From Candidatus Latescibacterota bacterium (GTDB taxonomy: Bacteria > Latescibacterota > UBA2968 > UBA8231), in the NCBI GenBank assembly GCA_965248265.1, contig CBDFJF010000002.1, positions 3,104,001-3,168,000 of the forward strand: a stretch of 64,000 nucleotides of DNA, given 5' to 3'. The notes under the pieces were generated by a model. The model ran no database searches. It saw nothing but the letters and a program-made list of their open reading frames with translations, and was not told the DNA's origin. The position numbers and the translations under genes are program-made. Each line of letters begins with the position of its first letter. Positions within the stretch are counted from its first letter, which is position 1. Shown one piece after another: positions 41,917-52,732 of the stretch.

Positions 41917-42200
41917 ATGATCTACGATCCGTTTTGCGGGCCCCGGTTGTTACGGAGAAGGCGACCATTCAACGCGACAAAGGCACCTACACCTTTCGTG
42001 TCGATCGCAGGGCCAATAAGATCCAGATTCGCCACGCCGTAGAGTCGATTTTCGATGTTCAGGTTGCTTCAGTACGCACGGTTACGGTGCCGCGTAAGCC
42101 GAAGCGACAAGGAGCGTTCCGCGGTGCCACTTCGGCCTGGAAGAAGGCCTATGTGACGTTACGCGCCGGGGATGCCATTGAACTCGTTGAGAGTGTGTGA
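41913..42200 (+). CDS. rplW: 50S ribosomal protein L23
   Basis: PVVTEKA, WKKAYVTL. Confidence 0.97.
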   Translation: MNDLRSVLRAPVVTEKATIQRDKGTYTFRVDRRANKIQIRHAVESIFDVQVASVRTVTVPRKPKRQGAFRGATSAWKKAYVTLRAGDAIELVESV

Positions 42201-42224
42201 GGGAGTTTTAAAAAAGGTGACATA

Positions 42225-43052
42225 GTGCCAGTCAAGCGATTCAGACCCATAACGCCCACCCAGCGCTACAAGACGGTGAACTCCTTTGCCGAAGTTACGG
42301 CGGAGTCTCCGGAGAAGTCCCTCACGGCACCACTGTCAAAGACCGGTGGGCGTAACAGTCGTGGCCGTATGACCGCGCGTCGGCGCGGAGGTGGGCATAA
42401 GAGGCGCTATCGCATCATCGATTTTCGGCGGGACAAGGTGGGGGTTCCTGGTCGAGTGGCTTCGATTGAGTATGATCCCAACCGCTCAGCATTCATTGCC
42501 TTGATCGTCTATCGAGACGGTGAAAAGCGCTACATGATTGCCGCCCATGGCCTCAATGTTGGAGACACCGTGTTGTCGGGTAGTGATGCGCCGGTTCAGG
42601 TTGGCAATGCCTTGCCACTTTCTCGGATCCCAGTGGGGACGACTGTCCACAATGTGGAACTCAACCCTGGCCAGGGCGCGCGTCTGGCCCGTAGCGCCGG
42701 AGCTGAGGTCCAACTCATGAGTAGGGCGGAAGGGAGAGCTCGATTGCGATTGCCCTCTGGCGAAGTTCGGCTGGTATGGGAGACCTGTTGCGCGACGATC
42801 GGGCAGGTCGGAAACCTGGATCATGGTAATATCGTTATCGGCAAGGCTGGCAGGTCACGCTGGTTGGGTCGACGTCCCAAGGTCCGTGGTGTGGTGATGA
42901 ATCCGGTCGATCATCCCCATGGTGGTGGCGAGGGTAAGAGTTCGGGTGGCCGTCATCCAGTGACTCCGTGGGGCAAGCCGACCAAGGGTTACAAAACCCG
43001 GAAGCGCACGAAGAAGTCAAACCAGTGGATCGAAAGTCGGCGGAGCAAGTGA
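42225..43052 (+). CDS. rplB: 50S ribosomal protein L2
   Basis: [13 protein letters not shown]. Confidence 0.99.
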   Translation: MPVKRFRPITPTQRYKTVNSFAEVTAESPEKSLTAPLSKTGGRNSRGRMTARRRGGGHKRRYRIIDFRRDKVGVPGRVASIEYDPNRSAFIALIVYRDGEKRYMIAAHGLNVGDTVLSGSDAPVQVGNALPLSRIPVGTTVHNVELNPGQGARLARSAGAEVQLMSRAEGRARLRLPSGEVRLVWETCCATIGQVGNLDHGNIVIGKAGRSRWLGRRPKVRGVVMNPVDHPHGGGEGKSSGGRHPVTPWGKPTKGYKTRKRTKKSNQWIESRRSK

Positions 43053-43118
43053 TGGCCTTCATTCACTCAGCTATATTTATTCAGTTCTATTCATTCAGTT
43101 AAACCGTAGGATAGCAAC

Positions 43119-43406
43119 TTGCCGAGATCAGTTAAAAAGGGTCCCTTCATAGACCCAAAACTGGCAGCGCGTGTGGAGGACATGAACAGGACCGGTGACA
43201 AGACAGTCCTGCGAACCTGGTCCAGGCGCTCGACGATTACGCCAGATTTTGTCGGCCTCACGCTGGCGGTCCACAACGGCAACAAATTCATCCCGGTCTA
43301 CGTGACCGAGAACATGGTTGGCCACAAACTCGGCGAATTTTCCCCTACGCGGACCTTTCGGGGGCACGGCGGTCGTTCAACCGAGCGTGTGACAGGGGTG
43401 AGGTAA
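43119..43406 (+). CDS. rpsS: 30S ribosomal protein S19
   Basis: [17 protein letters not shown]. Confidence 0.98.
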   Translation: MPRSVKKGPFIDPKLAARVEDMNRTGDKTVLRTWSRRSTITPDFVGLTLAVHNGNKFIPVYVTENMVGHKLGEFSPTRTFRGHGGRSTERVTGVR

Positions 43407-43407
43407 G

Positions 43408-43815
43408 ATGGAAGCCAAGGCCATACAGCGGCACATCGGAGTGCCGGCAACCAAGGTTCGGTTGGTCATCGACCAGATCAGGGGAAAGTCAGTAGAAGAA
43501 GCGCTGGCCATACTGCGGTTTTCGACGCGGCCGGTCGCCCGTGTTGTGGAGAAGACGCTGCGCTCTGCAGTCGCGAACGCGCTGGTGAAGGATGAAGACA
43601 ATCCGGTTGATGCAGAAGAGCTCTACGTGAGCCGCATATTCGCCGACGAGGGAAGAATGCTCAAGCGCCTGAGGCCGAGAGCCCGTGGCGCGGCATTCCG
43701 CGTACGCAAACGGCAAAGTCATATGACCGTGTTCGTCTCCGATGGTATCGCGTCTGTGGTGGCCGCCGATGTGAAGGATGAAGTCGCCGAGACCGCAACC
43801 GTCTCAGAAGAATAA
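43408..43815 (+). CDS. rplV: 50S ribosomal protein L22
   Basis: [18 protein letters not shown]. Confidence 0.97.
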   Translation: MEAKAIQRHIGVPATKVRLVIDQIRGKSVEEALAILRFSTRPVARVVEKTLRSAVANALVKDEDNPVDAEELYVSRIFADEGRMLKRLRPRARGAAFRVRKRQSHMTVFVSDGIASVVAADVKDEVAETATVSEE

Positions 43816-43831
43816 AAAGCAAGGAGCTGTC

Positions 43832-44485
43832 GTGGGTCAGAAGACACATCCGTACGGGTTCCGCCTTGGAGTGATCAAGGGTTGGCGTTCCAACTGGTTC
43901 GCGGAAAAGGAAACCGCCGCATTGATAAAGGAAGACTTGATGTTGCGCAGCTACATCCAGCAGCGCTTGCAGCGTGCTGGAGTTTCCCGCATCAACATCG
44001 AGCGTCATCCGAAGCGCGTGACCGTAGAGGTTTTCACGGCCCGTCCAGGTATCGCCATCGGTCGCCGTGGCGCTGAGGTGGACAAGCTTAGGGACGAGCT
44101 CAAGCAGCTCACTGTGAAGGATGTTGCACTGAATATTCAGGAAGTAAAGAAGCCCGAGTTAGACGCCCAACTGGTGGCTGAGAATCTGGCTCGTCAGCTC
44201 GAGCAACGGGTGGCGTTCCGGCGCGTGATAAAGAAGGCCGTCGCGTCGTCCATGCGGATGGGAGCAGAAGGTATTCGCATTGTCTGCTCAGGTCGGATCG
44301 GTGGCGCAGAGATGTCACGACGGGAGCGCTCGGAGCCCGCTGGTAGAGTGCCTCTGCACACGCTTCGGGCTGACATCGACTACGCCACCGCGACGGCTTT
44401 CACCATGTCGGGAACCGTAGGCGTCAAGGTTTGGATCTGCCACGGCGAAGTTGTCGACGACGCCGAAGCAGCAGTCCAGGGCTGA
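43832..44485 (+). CDS. rpsC: 30S ribosomal protein S3
   Basis: [26 protein letters not shown]. Confidence 0.98.
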   Translation: MGQKTHPYGFRLGVIKGWRSNWFAEKETAALIKEDLMLRSYIQQRLQRAGVSRINIERHPKRVTVEVFTARPGIAIGRRGAEVDKLRDELKQLTVKDVALNIQEVKKPELDAQLVAENLARQLEQRVAFRRVIKKAVASSMRMGAEGIRIVCSGRIGGAEMSRRERSEPAGRVPLHTLRADIDYATATAFTMSGTVGVKVWICHGEVVDDAEAAVQG

Positions 44486-44537
44486 TGAACACATCAGGGC
44501 TAATGAAAATCGCGATCGGGGATGGGTTGACTGAACC

Positions 44538-44957
44538 ATGTTGATGCCGAAGAAAGTCAAGTGGCGCAAACAATCGCGCGGACGGATGAGAGGGCAGACC
44601 AAAGGTGGGGCGATGGTTTCCTTCGGCGAATTCGGTCTCAAGGCGATGGAGCCAGGTTGGATCACGAGTCGCCAGATAGAGGCTGCACGCGTTGCCATAA
44701 GCCGGGCCATGAGTCGTACCGGAAAAATGTGGATCAGGGTTTTCCCGGACAAACCTGTCACCAAGAAACCGGCTGAGACGCGCATGGGAAAAGGCAAGGG
44801 TGCACCGGAGGGTTGGGTGGCCGTCGTCAAGCCGGGACGGGTGATGTTCGAGTTGTCCGGCGTGCCCGTCGAGATGGCTAAACAGGCTCTGCTCAGAGCA
44901 GCACACAAGCTGCCAATCAAAACGAAGTTCGTGGAACGAACGGCCGGTGTGGCATGA
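44538..44957 (+). CDS. rplP: 50S ribosomal protein L16
   Basis: [13 protein letters not shown]. Confidence 0.98.
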   Translation: MLMPKKVKWRKQSRGRMRGQTKGGAMVSFGEFGLKAMEPGWITSRQIEAARVAISRAMSRTGKMWIRVFPDKPVTKKPAETRMGKGKGAPEGWVAVVKPGRVMFELSGVPVEMAKQALLRAAHKLPIKTKFVERTAGVA

Positions 44958-45184
44958 CCGCGGTGGAACTCAGAGAATTGAGCGTTGATGACCTCCAGGC
45001 CAAGCTTCGCGACCTGTCGGAAGAAGGTTTCAATCTGCGCTTTCAGCACTCGCTGGGGCAGTTGAGCAGTCCAATTCGATTGCGTCAGGTGCGCAGAGAG
45101 GCCGCCCGCGTTCGTACCGTGATACGGGAACTAGGTGTCACTGCGAGCAATCAGGTTGAAGCAGGAGGGCATGCAGAGGCGTGA
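44954..45184 (+). CDS. rpmC: 50S ribosomal protein L29
   Basis: ELRELS, FNLRFQ; operon position. Confidence 0.95.
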   Translation: MTAVELRELSVDDLQAKLRDLSEEGFNLRFQHSLGQLSSPIRLRQVRREAARVRTVIRELGVTASNQVEAGGHAEA

Positions 45185-45456
45185 GCGAGACGAAAGATCA
45201 GCTTCGGGGTGGACGTGCAGTCGAAGGTCGAGTCGTCAGCTCCAAGAATGACAAAACCAGAGTCATAGCGGTCGACCAGAGATTGGCGCATGCGCTCTAC
45301 GGGCGCAGCATCAATCGGACGACGAAATTTGTCGCGCATGATGAACTCAACAAGTCGGCGGCCGGAGACTTGGTGCGCATACGGGAATGTCGACCGTTGA
45401 GTCGAACGAAACGCTGGCGAGTCATAGAGATCATAGAAAAAGCACCGAGCGAGTGA
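45181..45456 (+). CDS. rpsQ: 30S ribosomal protein S17
   Basis: [22 protein letters not shown]. Confidence 0.96.
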   Translation: MSETKDQLRGGRAVEGRVVSSKNDKTRVIAVDQRLAHALYGRSINRTTKFVAHDELNKSAAGDLVRIRECRPLSRTKRWRVIEIIEKAPSE

Positions 45457-45468
45457 TTGGTTAAGGTC

Positions 45469-45837
45469 ATGATCAGAGAGTACGGAGTAGTCAAAATGGC
45501 GGACAACGCCGGTGCCAAGCGTGGGAAATGTATTCGCGTGCTGGGTGGCACGAAAAAGCGTTACGCCTCAGTGGGAGACCTCATCGTCGTCGCCGTCCAT
45601 GATGTTACTCCCAACGGTCCTCTGAATGAGGGCGAGGTTGCCCGGGCAGTCATCGTTCGCACCAAGAAAGAATACCGGCGTCCTGACGGGTCATATATAC
45701 GTTTCGACGACAACGCGGCGGTCCTCCTGGACCTAAACAACGAACCTCGCGGCACCCGAATTTTCGGTCCAGTGGCCCGCGAGCTGCGAGAGAAGCAGTT
45801 CATGCGCATCGTTTCTCTCGCTCCGGAGGTCGTGTGA
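45469..45837 (+). CDS. rplN: 50S ribosomal protein L14
   Basis: [22 protein letters not shown]. Confidence 0.98.
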   Translation: MIREYGVVKMADNAGAKRGKCIRVLGGTKKRYASVGDLIVVAVHDVTPNGPLNEGEVARAVIVRTKKEYRRPDGSYIRFDDNAAVLLDLNNEPRGTRIFGPVARELREKQFMRIVSLAPEVV

Positions 45838-45847
45838 GGGACCAATT

Positions 45848-46168
45848 ATGAATATTCGCAGGGGTGATATCGTTCAAGTTATCAGTGGCAATGACAAGGG
45901 GAAGCGCGGTCGCGTGTTGCGGGTATACGGCGAAGCCAACCGGCTGATCGTCGAAGGTGTGCGCATGATGAAACGACACACTCGTCCAACACAGCGTGAT
46001 CCACAGGGTGGCATAGTAGAGCGCGAGGCCACGATGAACGCATCCAACGTCATGGTGATTTGTCCGAAGACCGATACCCCGACGCGGGTTGGCAAGAAAC
46101 GCCTGGATGACGGTCGCAATGTGAGAATCGCCGTCAAGAGCGGCGAAATGATAGACTCCGAAGGGTAG
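45848..46168 (+). CDS. rplX: 50S ribosomal protein L24
   Basis: GDIVQVISGNDKGKRG KOW motif. Confidence 0.97.
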   Translation: MNIRRGDIVQVISGNDKGKRGRVLRVYGEANRLIVEGVRMMKRHTRPTQRDPQGGIVEREATMNASNVMVICPKTDTPTRVGKKRLDDGRNVRIAVKSGEMIDSEG

Positions 46169-46186
46169 GAAGACGAGGACGAAACC

Positions 46187-46726
46187 TTGGCGCGCCTGAA
46201 ATCATTGTACTACGAAACGGTCGTGGCTTCGCTGACCGAGAAATTCTCTTACGGGAATCAGATGGAGGTTCCGCGGTTGGAGAAGATCGTCGTCAACTCC
46301 GGGGTCGGAGAGGCGGCCCAGGATCCGAAGGTCCTTGAAGGAACCCTGGTCGAGTTAACCGCGGTGACCGGTCAAAAGCCGGCCGTCCGGCGCTCACGGA
46401 AGGCCATCTCGAATTTCAAGCTACGCGAGGGAATGCCGGTAGGGGCCGTGGTTACCCTGAGGCGTGAAAGAATGTTTGAATTCCTGGATCGCCTGGTGAA
46501 CTTCGCTCTGCCCCAGACGAGAGACTTTCGCGGCTTGCCGCCAAGATCCTTCGACGGCCGGGGCAACTACAACCTCGGAATTCGTGAGCAAATCATTTTT
46601 CCCGAAATCGATTACGACAAGATCGATCATATCAGGGGAATGAATATCACGATGGTGACTTCCGCGCAGACAGACGAAGAAGCGCGGGAACTGTTGCGCC
46701 TACTCGGCGTGCCATTCGCAAACTGA
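46187..46726 (+). CDS. rplE: 50S ribosomal protein L5
   Basis: [16 protein letters not shown]. Confidence 0.98.
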   Translation: MARLKSLYYETVVASLTEKFSYGNQMEVPRLEKIVVNSGVGEAAQDPKVLEGTLVELTAVTGQKPAVRRSRKAISNFKLREGMPVGAVVTLRRERMFEFLDRLVNFALPQTRDFRGLPPRSFDGRGNYNLGIREQIIFPEIDYDKIDHIRGMNITMVTSAQTDEEARELLRLLGVPFAN

Positions 46727-46751
46727 TGTCCTACTGGTCCGGAGCTGATCG

Positions 46752-46937
46752 ATGCCGAAGAAGTGCTTGCTGATCAAACAGCAGAAAGAACCCAAGTTCA
46801 AGGTGAGGAAGTACACGCGTTGCCAGCGTTGCGGACGGCCGCGGGCGGTGTACCGCAAGTTCGGACTATGCCGTATTTGTTTCAGAGAGTTGGCGTTGCG
46901 AGGCGAGATTCCGGGCGTGACCAAGTCGAGTTGGTAG
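46752..46937 (+). CDS. rpsN: 30S ribosomal protein S14 (short zinc-binding type Z)
   Basis: RCQRCGR...LCRICFRE. Confidence 0.97.
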   Translation: MPKKCLLIKQQKEPKFKVRKYTRCQRCGRPRAVYRKFGLCRICFRELALRGEIPGVTKSSW

Positions 46938-46965
46938 ACGGGAACAGAGAACAAGGGAATACACA

Positions 46966-47364
46966 ATGAGTATGACCGATCCGATAGCCGATTTGTTGAC
47001 ACGGATCCGCAATGCGTCCAGGGCCAGACACAAAGTCGTCGACATACCGGCATCCAATTTGAAGCGTGAAATTGCACGCGTGTTGGCTGAGGAACGGTTT
47101 ATCGACAATTTCGCCTACTACGGTGACGGCAAGCAGGGTCAGTTGCGCTTATATCTGAGATATGATGAAGCCGAGGATCCGATCATTCAGGATCTACAGC
47201 GAATTAGCAAGCCCGGGTTGCGCCGCTACTCGTCGAAAAGTGATCTTCCGAGGATCAGACGCGGTCTCGGAATCGCCATCGTGTCGACGTCCAAAGGCGT
47301 GATGACGGATCGCCGGGCCCGGCGCGCCGGTCTTGGCGGTGAGGTGCTGTGCAGTGTCTGGTAG
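46966..47364 (+). CDS. rpsH: 30S ribosomal protein S8
   Basis: [20 protein letters not shown]. Confidence 0.98.
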   Translation: MSMTDPIADLLTRIRNASRARHKVVDIPASNLKREIARVLAEERFIDNFAYYGDGKQGQLRLYLRYDEAEDPIIQDLQRISKPGLRRYSSKSDLPRIRRGLGIAIVSTSKGVMTDRRARRAGLGGEVLCSVW

Positions 47365-47382
47365 CGAGGGGTAGCGCACGTC

Positions 47383-47940
47383 ATGTCCAGAGTTGGAAAA
47401 ATCCCCGTTCCGGTTCCGTCCGGGGTCGAGGTGTCAGCCGAGGCCTCCGACCTGAAGGTCAAGGGGCCGAAAGGCGAACTGCGCGTGCCATTGAGAACCG
47501 ATGTCCTCGGGGTCGTGGTGGAGGATTCTTCTGTGAGCGTTACTCGCAAATCCGAATCCAAAGAAGCCATGGCCATGCACGGTCTAATCCGCTCCTTGAT
47601 CGCCAATGCGGTCACGGGGGTCACTGTTGGGTTTTCAAAGCGCTTGAACGTTTACGGCGTGGGGTTTCGAGCCGAGTTACAAGGTTCCAGGCTCACGTTG
47701 CATATCGGGTACTCGCATCCGGTAATTTACGAAGCCCCCGATGGAGTCGAGTTGACGACGGAAGATGGTGCGGGTGGGGCTCAGGCGGGCATCGTCATCA
47801 GCGGCATCGACAAGCAGAAGGTCGGACAGGCGGCCGCTGACATCAGGGAGAAGCGGAAACCGGACCCATACAAAGGTAAGGGGATCCGGTATGAGAATGA
47901 GGTCATCCACTGGAAGGCCGGCAAGACGGCCGTCGTGTAG
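47383..47940 (+). CDS. rplF: 50S ribosomal protein L6
   Basis: MSRVGK, PDPYKGKGIRY. Confidence 0.98.
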   Translation: MSRVGKIPVPVPSGVEVSAEASDLKVKGPKGELRVPLRTDVLGVVVEDSSVSVTRKSESKEAMAMHGLIRSLIANAVTGVTVGFSKRLNVYGVGFRAELQGSRLTLHIGYSHPVIYEAPDGVELTTEDGAGGAQAGIVISGIDKQKVGQAAADIREKRKPDPYKGKGIRYENEVIHWKAGKTAVV

Positions 47941-48004
47941 GTCGCGGATCGCATAGGTCGCGGCTCGTGACACCACTTAACCCGAACGCATTACGAAGAT
48001 TCTA

Positions 48005-48373
48005 ATGGCCAGCATCCAACAACAGAAGAACATCTCCCGGGAGCGTCGGCGCTTCAGGGGGCGCAAGAAGATCATGGGTACTGCTGATCGCCCCCGCCTC
48101 GTCGTGCATCGCTCTTTGCGACACATCGAAGCTCAGATCATAGATGATCATACAGGCCATTCTGTCGTGGGGTTGTCGACTCAGTCGAAGGAGTTGAGGG
48201 CCGATGGGGAGGGGAATCGAGTCGCGCAGGGTCACTCCCTGGGCAAGCTCATCGCTGCCAAGGCCAAAGACAGCGGAATCGAGCGCGTGGTGTTCGATCG
48301 GGCTGGCTTTCGATACCACGGCATCGTCAAGGCGGTCGCTGAAGGCGCTCGCGAGGGCGGATTAAACTTGTGA
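48005..48373 (+). CDS. rplR: 50S ribosomal protein L18
   Basis: RPRLVVHRS, VVFDRAGFRYHG. Confidence 0.97.
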   Translation: MASIQQQKNISRERRRFRGRKKIMGTADRPRLVVHRSLRHIEAQIIDDHTGHSVVGLSTQSKELRADGEGNRVAQGHSLGKLIAAKAKDSGIERVVFDRAGFRYHGIVKAVAEGAREGGLNL

Positions 48374-48430
48374 CATCGAGTGTCGAGACGCACAAACATG
48401 TCGACACTATGGCAATGCAAAGGAGATCCA

Positions 48431-48934
48431 TTGGCGCGAATCGATCCGACTAGCCTGGAACTGACTGAGGTCGTTGTCCAGAACAGCGTTCGGCGCGTTT
48501 CCCATGTGCGCAAAGGCGGGCGCAATTTCAGTTTTACCGCCATGGTCGTAGTCGGTGATCGCAACGGCCATGTCGGTGTTGGCTCTGGAAAAGCAGGAGA
48601 AATTGCGGAGGCGATCCGCAAGGGCACGGAAGCTGCGAAAAAGCAGATAATCAAGGTGGCTGTCGTGGACGGGACCATTCCCCATGAGATTACCGGAAAA
48701 TTCAGCGCGGCGAAGGTACTGCTGAAGCCGGCCTCTCCTGGGACTGGCGTTATCGCCAGCGGCGGCATTCGCATTGTACTCGATTTGGCCGGTGTCCATG
48801 ATATCCTGACCAAGTCTCTCGGGTCTGCGAATCCTCAGAACGGGATCAAGGCGACGTTGGAGGGACTGAAGCTGTTGCGGGATGCTGAAACGACCGCCAA
48901 GAACCGCGGTTTGCGGATACGCGATCTGAGATAG
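48431..48934 (+). CDS. rpsE: 30S ribosomal protein S5
   Basis: [15 protein letters not shown]; AAGGAG RBS before TTG at 48431. Confidence 0.97.
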   Translation: MARIDPTSLELTEVVVQNSVRRVSHVRKGGRNFSFTAMVVVGDRNGHVGVGSGKAGEIAEAIRKGTEAAKKQIIKVAVVDGTIPHEITGKFSAAKVLLKPASPGTGVIASGGIRIVLDLAGVHDILTKSLGSANPQNGIKATLEGLKLLRDAETTAKNRGLRIRDLR

Positions 48935-48940
48935 GAATAG

Positions 48941-49120
48941 ATGAAACTGCAGATCAAGCAGACTCGTAGCGCCATCGGGCGAGCCAGAAATCAGCAAGAG
49001 ACGATACGTGCTCTTGGGTTGAGACGGATTCACCACACCGTCGTCCACGAGGATACCCCGCAGATCAGGGGCATGATCAACACGGTATCACATCTGTTGG
49101 CAGTGGAAGAAGTTGAGTGA
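48941..49120 (+). CDS. rpmD: 50S ribosomal protein L30
   Basis: [13 protein letters not shown]...[11 protein letters not shown]...[11 protein letters not shown]; below the ORF-track cutoff. Confidence 0.95.
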   Translation: MKLQIKQTRSAIGRARNQQETIRALGLRRIHHTVVHEDTPQIRGMINTVSHLLAVEEVE

Positions 49121-49141
49121 GGGAAATTTCCAAGGAATATT

Positions 49142-49621
49142 ATGCGTCTAGGTGAATTGAAAGGTGCGCGTGGAGCGCGCCGCAACGGCAAGCGTCTGGG
49201 TCATGGACCGGGTTCGGGAACCGGCAAGACGGCCGGCAAGGGGCACAAGGGTCAGCGCGCGCGCTCCGGTGGCCGAAGAGGCAGTCGCAGCGGGTTCGAG
49301 GGTGGCCAGATGCCCCTGCATCGGCGAATACCAAAGATCGGCTTCTCCAACCATCCTTTTAGAAAGCGGTTCGAGATCGTCAACCTGGCGGACATCGATG
49401 AGCGTGCCCTCGAAGGGGAGATCGGTCCGCAGGAATTGAAGCAGGCTGGATTGATCCGGCGGGCGGATTCAGCGATAAAGATCCTTGGGGACGGTACATT
49501 GAGCCGCAAGGTAAGTGTGCGAGCACATGCGTTCTCCCAGACCGCGCTCCAGAAAATCGAGCAAGCGGGAGGCACGGCGGAGCGAATCACCGCGTCCGAT
49601 CCTGCACGGGCTGACGGGTAG
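49142..49621 (+). CDS. rplO: 50S ribosomal protein L15
   Basis: GKGHKGQRAR, GFEGGQMPLHRRIPK. Confidence 0.98.
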   Translation: MRLGELKGARGARRNGKRLGHGPGSGTGKTAGKGHKGQRARSGGRRGSRSGFEGGQMPLHRRIPKIGFSNHPFRKRFEIVNLADIDERALEGEIGPQELKQAGLIRRADSAIKILGDGTLSRKVSVRAHAFSQTALQKIEQAGGTAERITASDPARADG

Positions 49622-50956
49622 ATGCTTCAGAGCTTCCAAAACTGTCTCAAGATACCGGATCTGCGCCAGAAGATATTTTTCACGATCGGGATTTTGTGCG
49701 TTTACCGCATCGGCGGGCAAATTACCGTTCCCGGGGTCAACGAGTCGGTACTACGGGAATTCTTCGCGAGCGCCGGCAGTACGCTGTTCGGCCTCTACGA
49801 CATGTTCGTTGGGGGTGCTTTTACGCGAGCCACCGTATTCGCCCTGGGCATCATGCCCTACATCAGCGCTTCAATCATTCTGCAACTGATGGGGGCTGTC
49901 GTTCCCTTCTTTCAAAAATTGCAGCGAGAGGGCGAAGAGGGGCGACGCAAGATAAACCAGTACACCCGCTATTTCACGGTGGTGCTGGCGGTAGCCCAAT
50001 CGCTGGGAGTCAGCTACTTCCTGGAGAGCATTCGTGGACAGGGCTCCGGATTGATGGCCGTTACCGACCCGGGCTGGGCTTTTCGCCTGATGACGATGTT
50101 GACGATCACCAGTGGTACGATCTTCATCATGTGGTTGGGTGAGCAGATTACGGAGCGCGGAATCGGCAACGGCATTTCACTCATCATTTTCGTCGGCATC
50201 GTCGCTGAACTTCCATTCGCTATCAGAAGCGAATGGACGCATTACCTGATTAACCGGGGGGGCACGAAGAACCTGATTGAGGAGATTTTTCTGATCGCCT
50301 TGATGGTTTGCGTTGTCGCCTTCGTCGTTTTGCTTACGCAGGGTCAACGCAGGATTCCGGTGCAGTATGCCAAGAGGGTTGTTGGACGGCGGGTGTACGG
50401 CGGACAGACAACCAACATTCCGTTGCGTGTTAATGCAGCAGGAGTGATCCCGATCATTTTCGCTCAATCCATCATGTTTTTGCCGGGGACGGTCACGCAG
50501 TTTTTCCCCGAGAGCGATCTGATGCAGACGATGGGTGCATTCTTTACCGTGGATTCCCCTTTTTACTGGGGATGCTACGGGCTGATGATCGTTTTTTTTA
50601 CTTATTTCTATACTGCTATCGTGATGGATCCGAACCAGCTTGCTGACAACATGAAGCGTCATGGTGGATTCATTCCTGGAGTCCGGCCGGGCAAGCGGAC
50701 GGCCATGTACATCGATCGCATCATGACCCGGATCACGCTTCCAGGTGCTTTTGCCCTGGCCGCAGTGGCCATTTTCCCGTTTTTCGTGACGCAGCAGTTT
50801 AACGTGACACGCTCCTTTTCTCAGTTTTTTGGTGGAACCGGATTGCTCATTATCGTCGGCGTTGCTCTGGATACGCTACAGCAACTCGAGTCGCAGCTGA
50901 TGACACGGCACTACGAAGGGTTCATGAAAAAGGGACGCATGCAGGGGCGTCGTTAG
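49622..50956 (+). CDS. secY: Preprotein translocase subunit SecY
   Basis: FALGIMPYISASII, GIGNGISLII, IPGVRPG. Confidence 0.99.
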   Translation: MLQSFQNCLKIPDLRQKIFFTIGILCVYRIGGQITVPGVNESVLREFFASAGSTLFGLYDMFVGGAFTRATVFALGIMPYISASIILQLMGAVVPFFQKLQREGEEGRRKINQYTRYFTVVLAVAQSLGVSYFLESIRGQGSGLMAVTDPGWAFRLMTMLTITSGTIFIMWLGEQITERGIGNGISLIIFVGIVAELPFAIRSEWTHYLINRGGTKNLIEEIFLIALMVCVVAFVVLLTQGQRRIPVQYAKRVVGRRVYGGQTTNIPLRVNAAGVIPIIFAQSIMFLPGTVTQFFPESDLMQTMGAFFTVDSPFYWGCYGLMIVFFTYFYTAIVMDPNQLADNMKRHGGFIPGVRPGKRTAMYIDRIMTRITLPGAFALAAVAIFPFFVTQQFNVTRSFSQFFGGTGLLIIVGVALDTLQQLESQLMTRHYEGFMKKGRMQGRR

Positions 50957-50974
50957 TGTGGAGGGCATGAAGAA

Positions 50975-51091
50975 ATGAAAGTCAAGGCATCAGTAGGAAA
51001 GCGTTGTTCGGACTGTAAGATCATCAGGCGGCATGGCGTAGTAAGGGTCATCTGCAGCCGCAATCCCAGGCACAAACAGCGCCAGGGGTAG
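50975..51091 (+). CDS. rpmJ: 50S ribosomal protein L36
   Basis: [38 protein letters not shown]. Confidence 0.96.
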   Translation: MKVKASVGKRCSDCKIIRRHGVVRVICSRNPRHKQRQG

Positions 51092-51104
51092 GGAGATATA
51101 AACC

Positions 51105-51488
51105 GTGGCACGTATAGCAGGCGTTGACCTGCCCAGGGACAAGAGAATAGACATCAGTCTTACCTACATCTATGGCATTGGACGCACCTCAGCGAACGCC
51201 ATCCTGTCGGAATCGCAGGTGGATCCGTCTTCACGTGTGAGTTCGTTGTCTGATGAGGACCTGACGAAGCTTCGCGGGATCATCGAGAACAAGTACAAGG
51301 TCGAGGGCAGTCTGCGGGGCGAAGTCAACATGAACATCAAGCGCCTCATGGATGTTGGTTGCTACAGAGGATTGCGTCATCGTCGATCTCTTCCTGCGAA
51401 CGGGCAGCGAACCCGGACCAACGCCAGAACGCGGAAGGGACCACGACGTGCCATCGCCGGCAGGAAGAAAGCTCCTGCCAAGAAGTGA
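51105..51488 (+). CDS. rpsM: 30S ribosomal protein S13
   Basis: [22 protein letters not shown]. Confidence 0.98.
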   Translation: MARIAGVDLPRDKRIDISLTYIYGIGRTSANAILSESQVDPSSRVSSLSDEDLTKLRGIIENKYKVEGSLRGEVNMNIKRLMDVGCYRGLRHRRSLPANGQRTRTNARTRKGPRRAIAGRKKAPAKK

Positions 51489-51547
51489 GTGATCTAGGGT
51501 ACCACCCGATTGCAACACTCGGCGCCATATAACGAGGAAGGCTAAGC

Positions 51548-51940
51548 TTGCCAGCTGAACGCGCTAGAAAGAAACGGAAGAAGTCGAAGAAGGTAGAGGC
51601 TCTGGGCATTGCCCACATACTTTCGAGCTTCAACAACACCATGGTCACGCTGACGGACGTCGAAGGCAACGTCATTTCGTGGGCGACCCCAGGCAAGGTC
51701 GGCATCAAGGGGAGCAGAAAGTCCACTCCCTTCGCAGGCCAGCTGGCTGCTGAGCGGGCGGCGCAAGATGCCATGAGCATGGGGCTGCGTCGAGTCGAGG
51801 TATGGGTCAAGGGACTCGGCGTCGGTCGCGATTCCGCCATTCGTGCGCTACAGAATGCCGGCCTTGAAGTATCCGTTATCAGGGATGTTACGCCGATTCC
51901 GCACAATGGCTGTCGTCCCCCGAAAAGAAGAAGGGTTTGA
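51548..51940 (+). CDS. rpsK: 30S ribosomal protein S11
   Basis: [18 protein letters not shown]. Confidence 0.98.
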   Translation: MPAERARKKRKKSKKVEALGIAHILSSFNNTMVTLTDVEGNVISWATPGKVGIKGSRKSTPFAGQLAAERAAQDAMSMGLRRVEVWVKGLGVGRDSAIRALQNAGLEVSVIRDVTPIPHNGCRPPKRRRV

Positions 51941-51992
51941 TGTCATCCATCCAACATGCACACAGTCAATCTCGTAATCGGATAGAGGACGC

Positions 51993-52619
51993 ATGAGTCG
52001 TTACACCGGTCCAAGTTGCCGGCTTTGCCGGAGGGAGGGCACGAAGCTGTTCCTGAAGGGTGAGCGCTGCACTCTCGAGAAATGTGCCTTCGAGCGCCGC
52101 AGTTACGCGCCCGGTCAGCACGGCCAAAACATGCGTCGAAAGCAGTCGGAGTACAGTGTTCAGTTGCGAGCCAAGCAGAAACTTGCTCGACTCTACGGAA
52201 TTCGAGAAGGTCAGTTTCGCAAGTACTACAAAGAGGCGACGCGGATTCCCGGAGTCAGCGGTGAAAACCTGCTTCGTCTGCTCGAGAGCAGGTTAGACAG
52301 CATCGTTTATCGCCTCGGCCTGGCCCCATCGCGAAAGGCTGCCCGAGTGCTGGTCCGACACAAGCACTTCACCGTGAACGGCGCACGCGTCAACGTTCCG
52401 TCCTACCTGACCAAGCCGGGAGACCAGATCTCCGTGGCGCCGCGCAGCAAGCAGTTGGAAGTCATTCACGAGTCACTGAGACGTGCCAGAGACATGGTGT
52501 CCTGGCTCTCCGTGGACAAGGCGAATCTCAACGGGACGGTGCTGGAGCGCCCATCGCGCGAAGACATACCGACCGTGGCCGAGGAACAACTCGTCATCGA
52601 ATTCTATTCTCGAGTTTGA
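51993..52619 (+). CDS. rpsD: 30S ribosomal protein S4 (Cys/zinc type)
   Basis: CRLCRREG...C...KC, LESRLD, IEFYSR. Confidence 0.98.
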   Translation: MSRYTGPSCRLCRREGTKLFLKGERCTLEKCAFERRSYAPGQHGQNMRRKQSEYSVQLRAKQKLARLYGIREGQFRKYYKEATRIPGVSGENLLRLLESRLDSIVYRLGLAPSRKAARVLVRHKHFTVNGARVNVPSYLTKPGDQISVAPRSKQLEVIHESLRRARDMVSWLSVDKANLNGTVLERPSREDIPTVAEEQLVIEFYSRV

Positions 52620-52732
52620 GGCCAATCGCGAGTTTTGAGATCGATCTCGATGCTGAGATTAGTAGCATACAAGAGGACGAGGCCCGGAACGGGCGTTTAC
52701 TTTGACCATTCAATGGAGGGGTTGATTACACT

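Noticed and set aside
43060-43100. Degenerate tattcattcagtt-like repeats between rplB and rpsS
   Set aside because: Short low-complexity duplication with no evident structure.
47938-47967. taggtcgcgg(a/c)tcg direct repeat after rplF
   Set aside because: Two copies only, consistent with local slippage at the stop codon.
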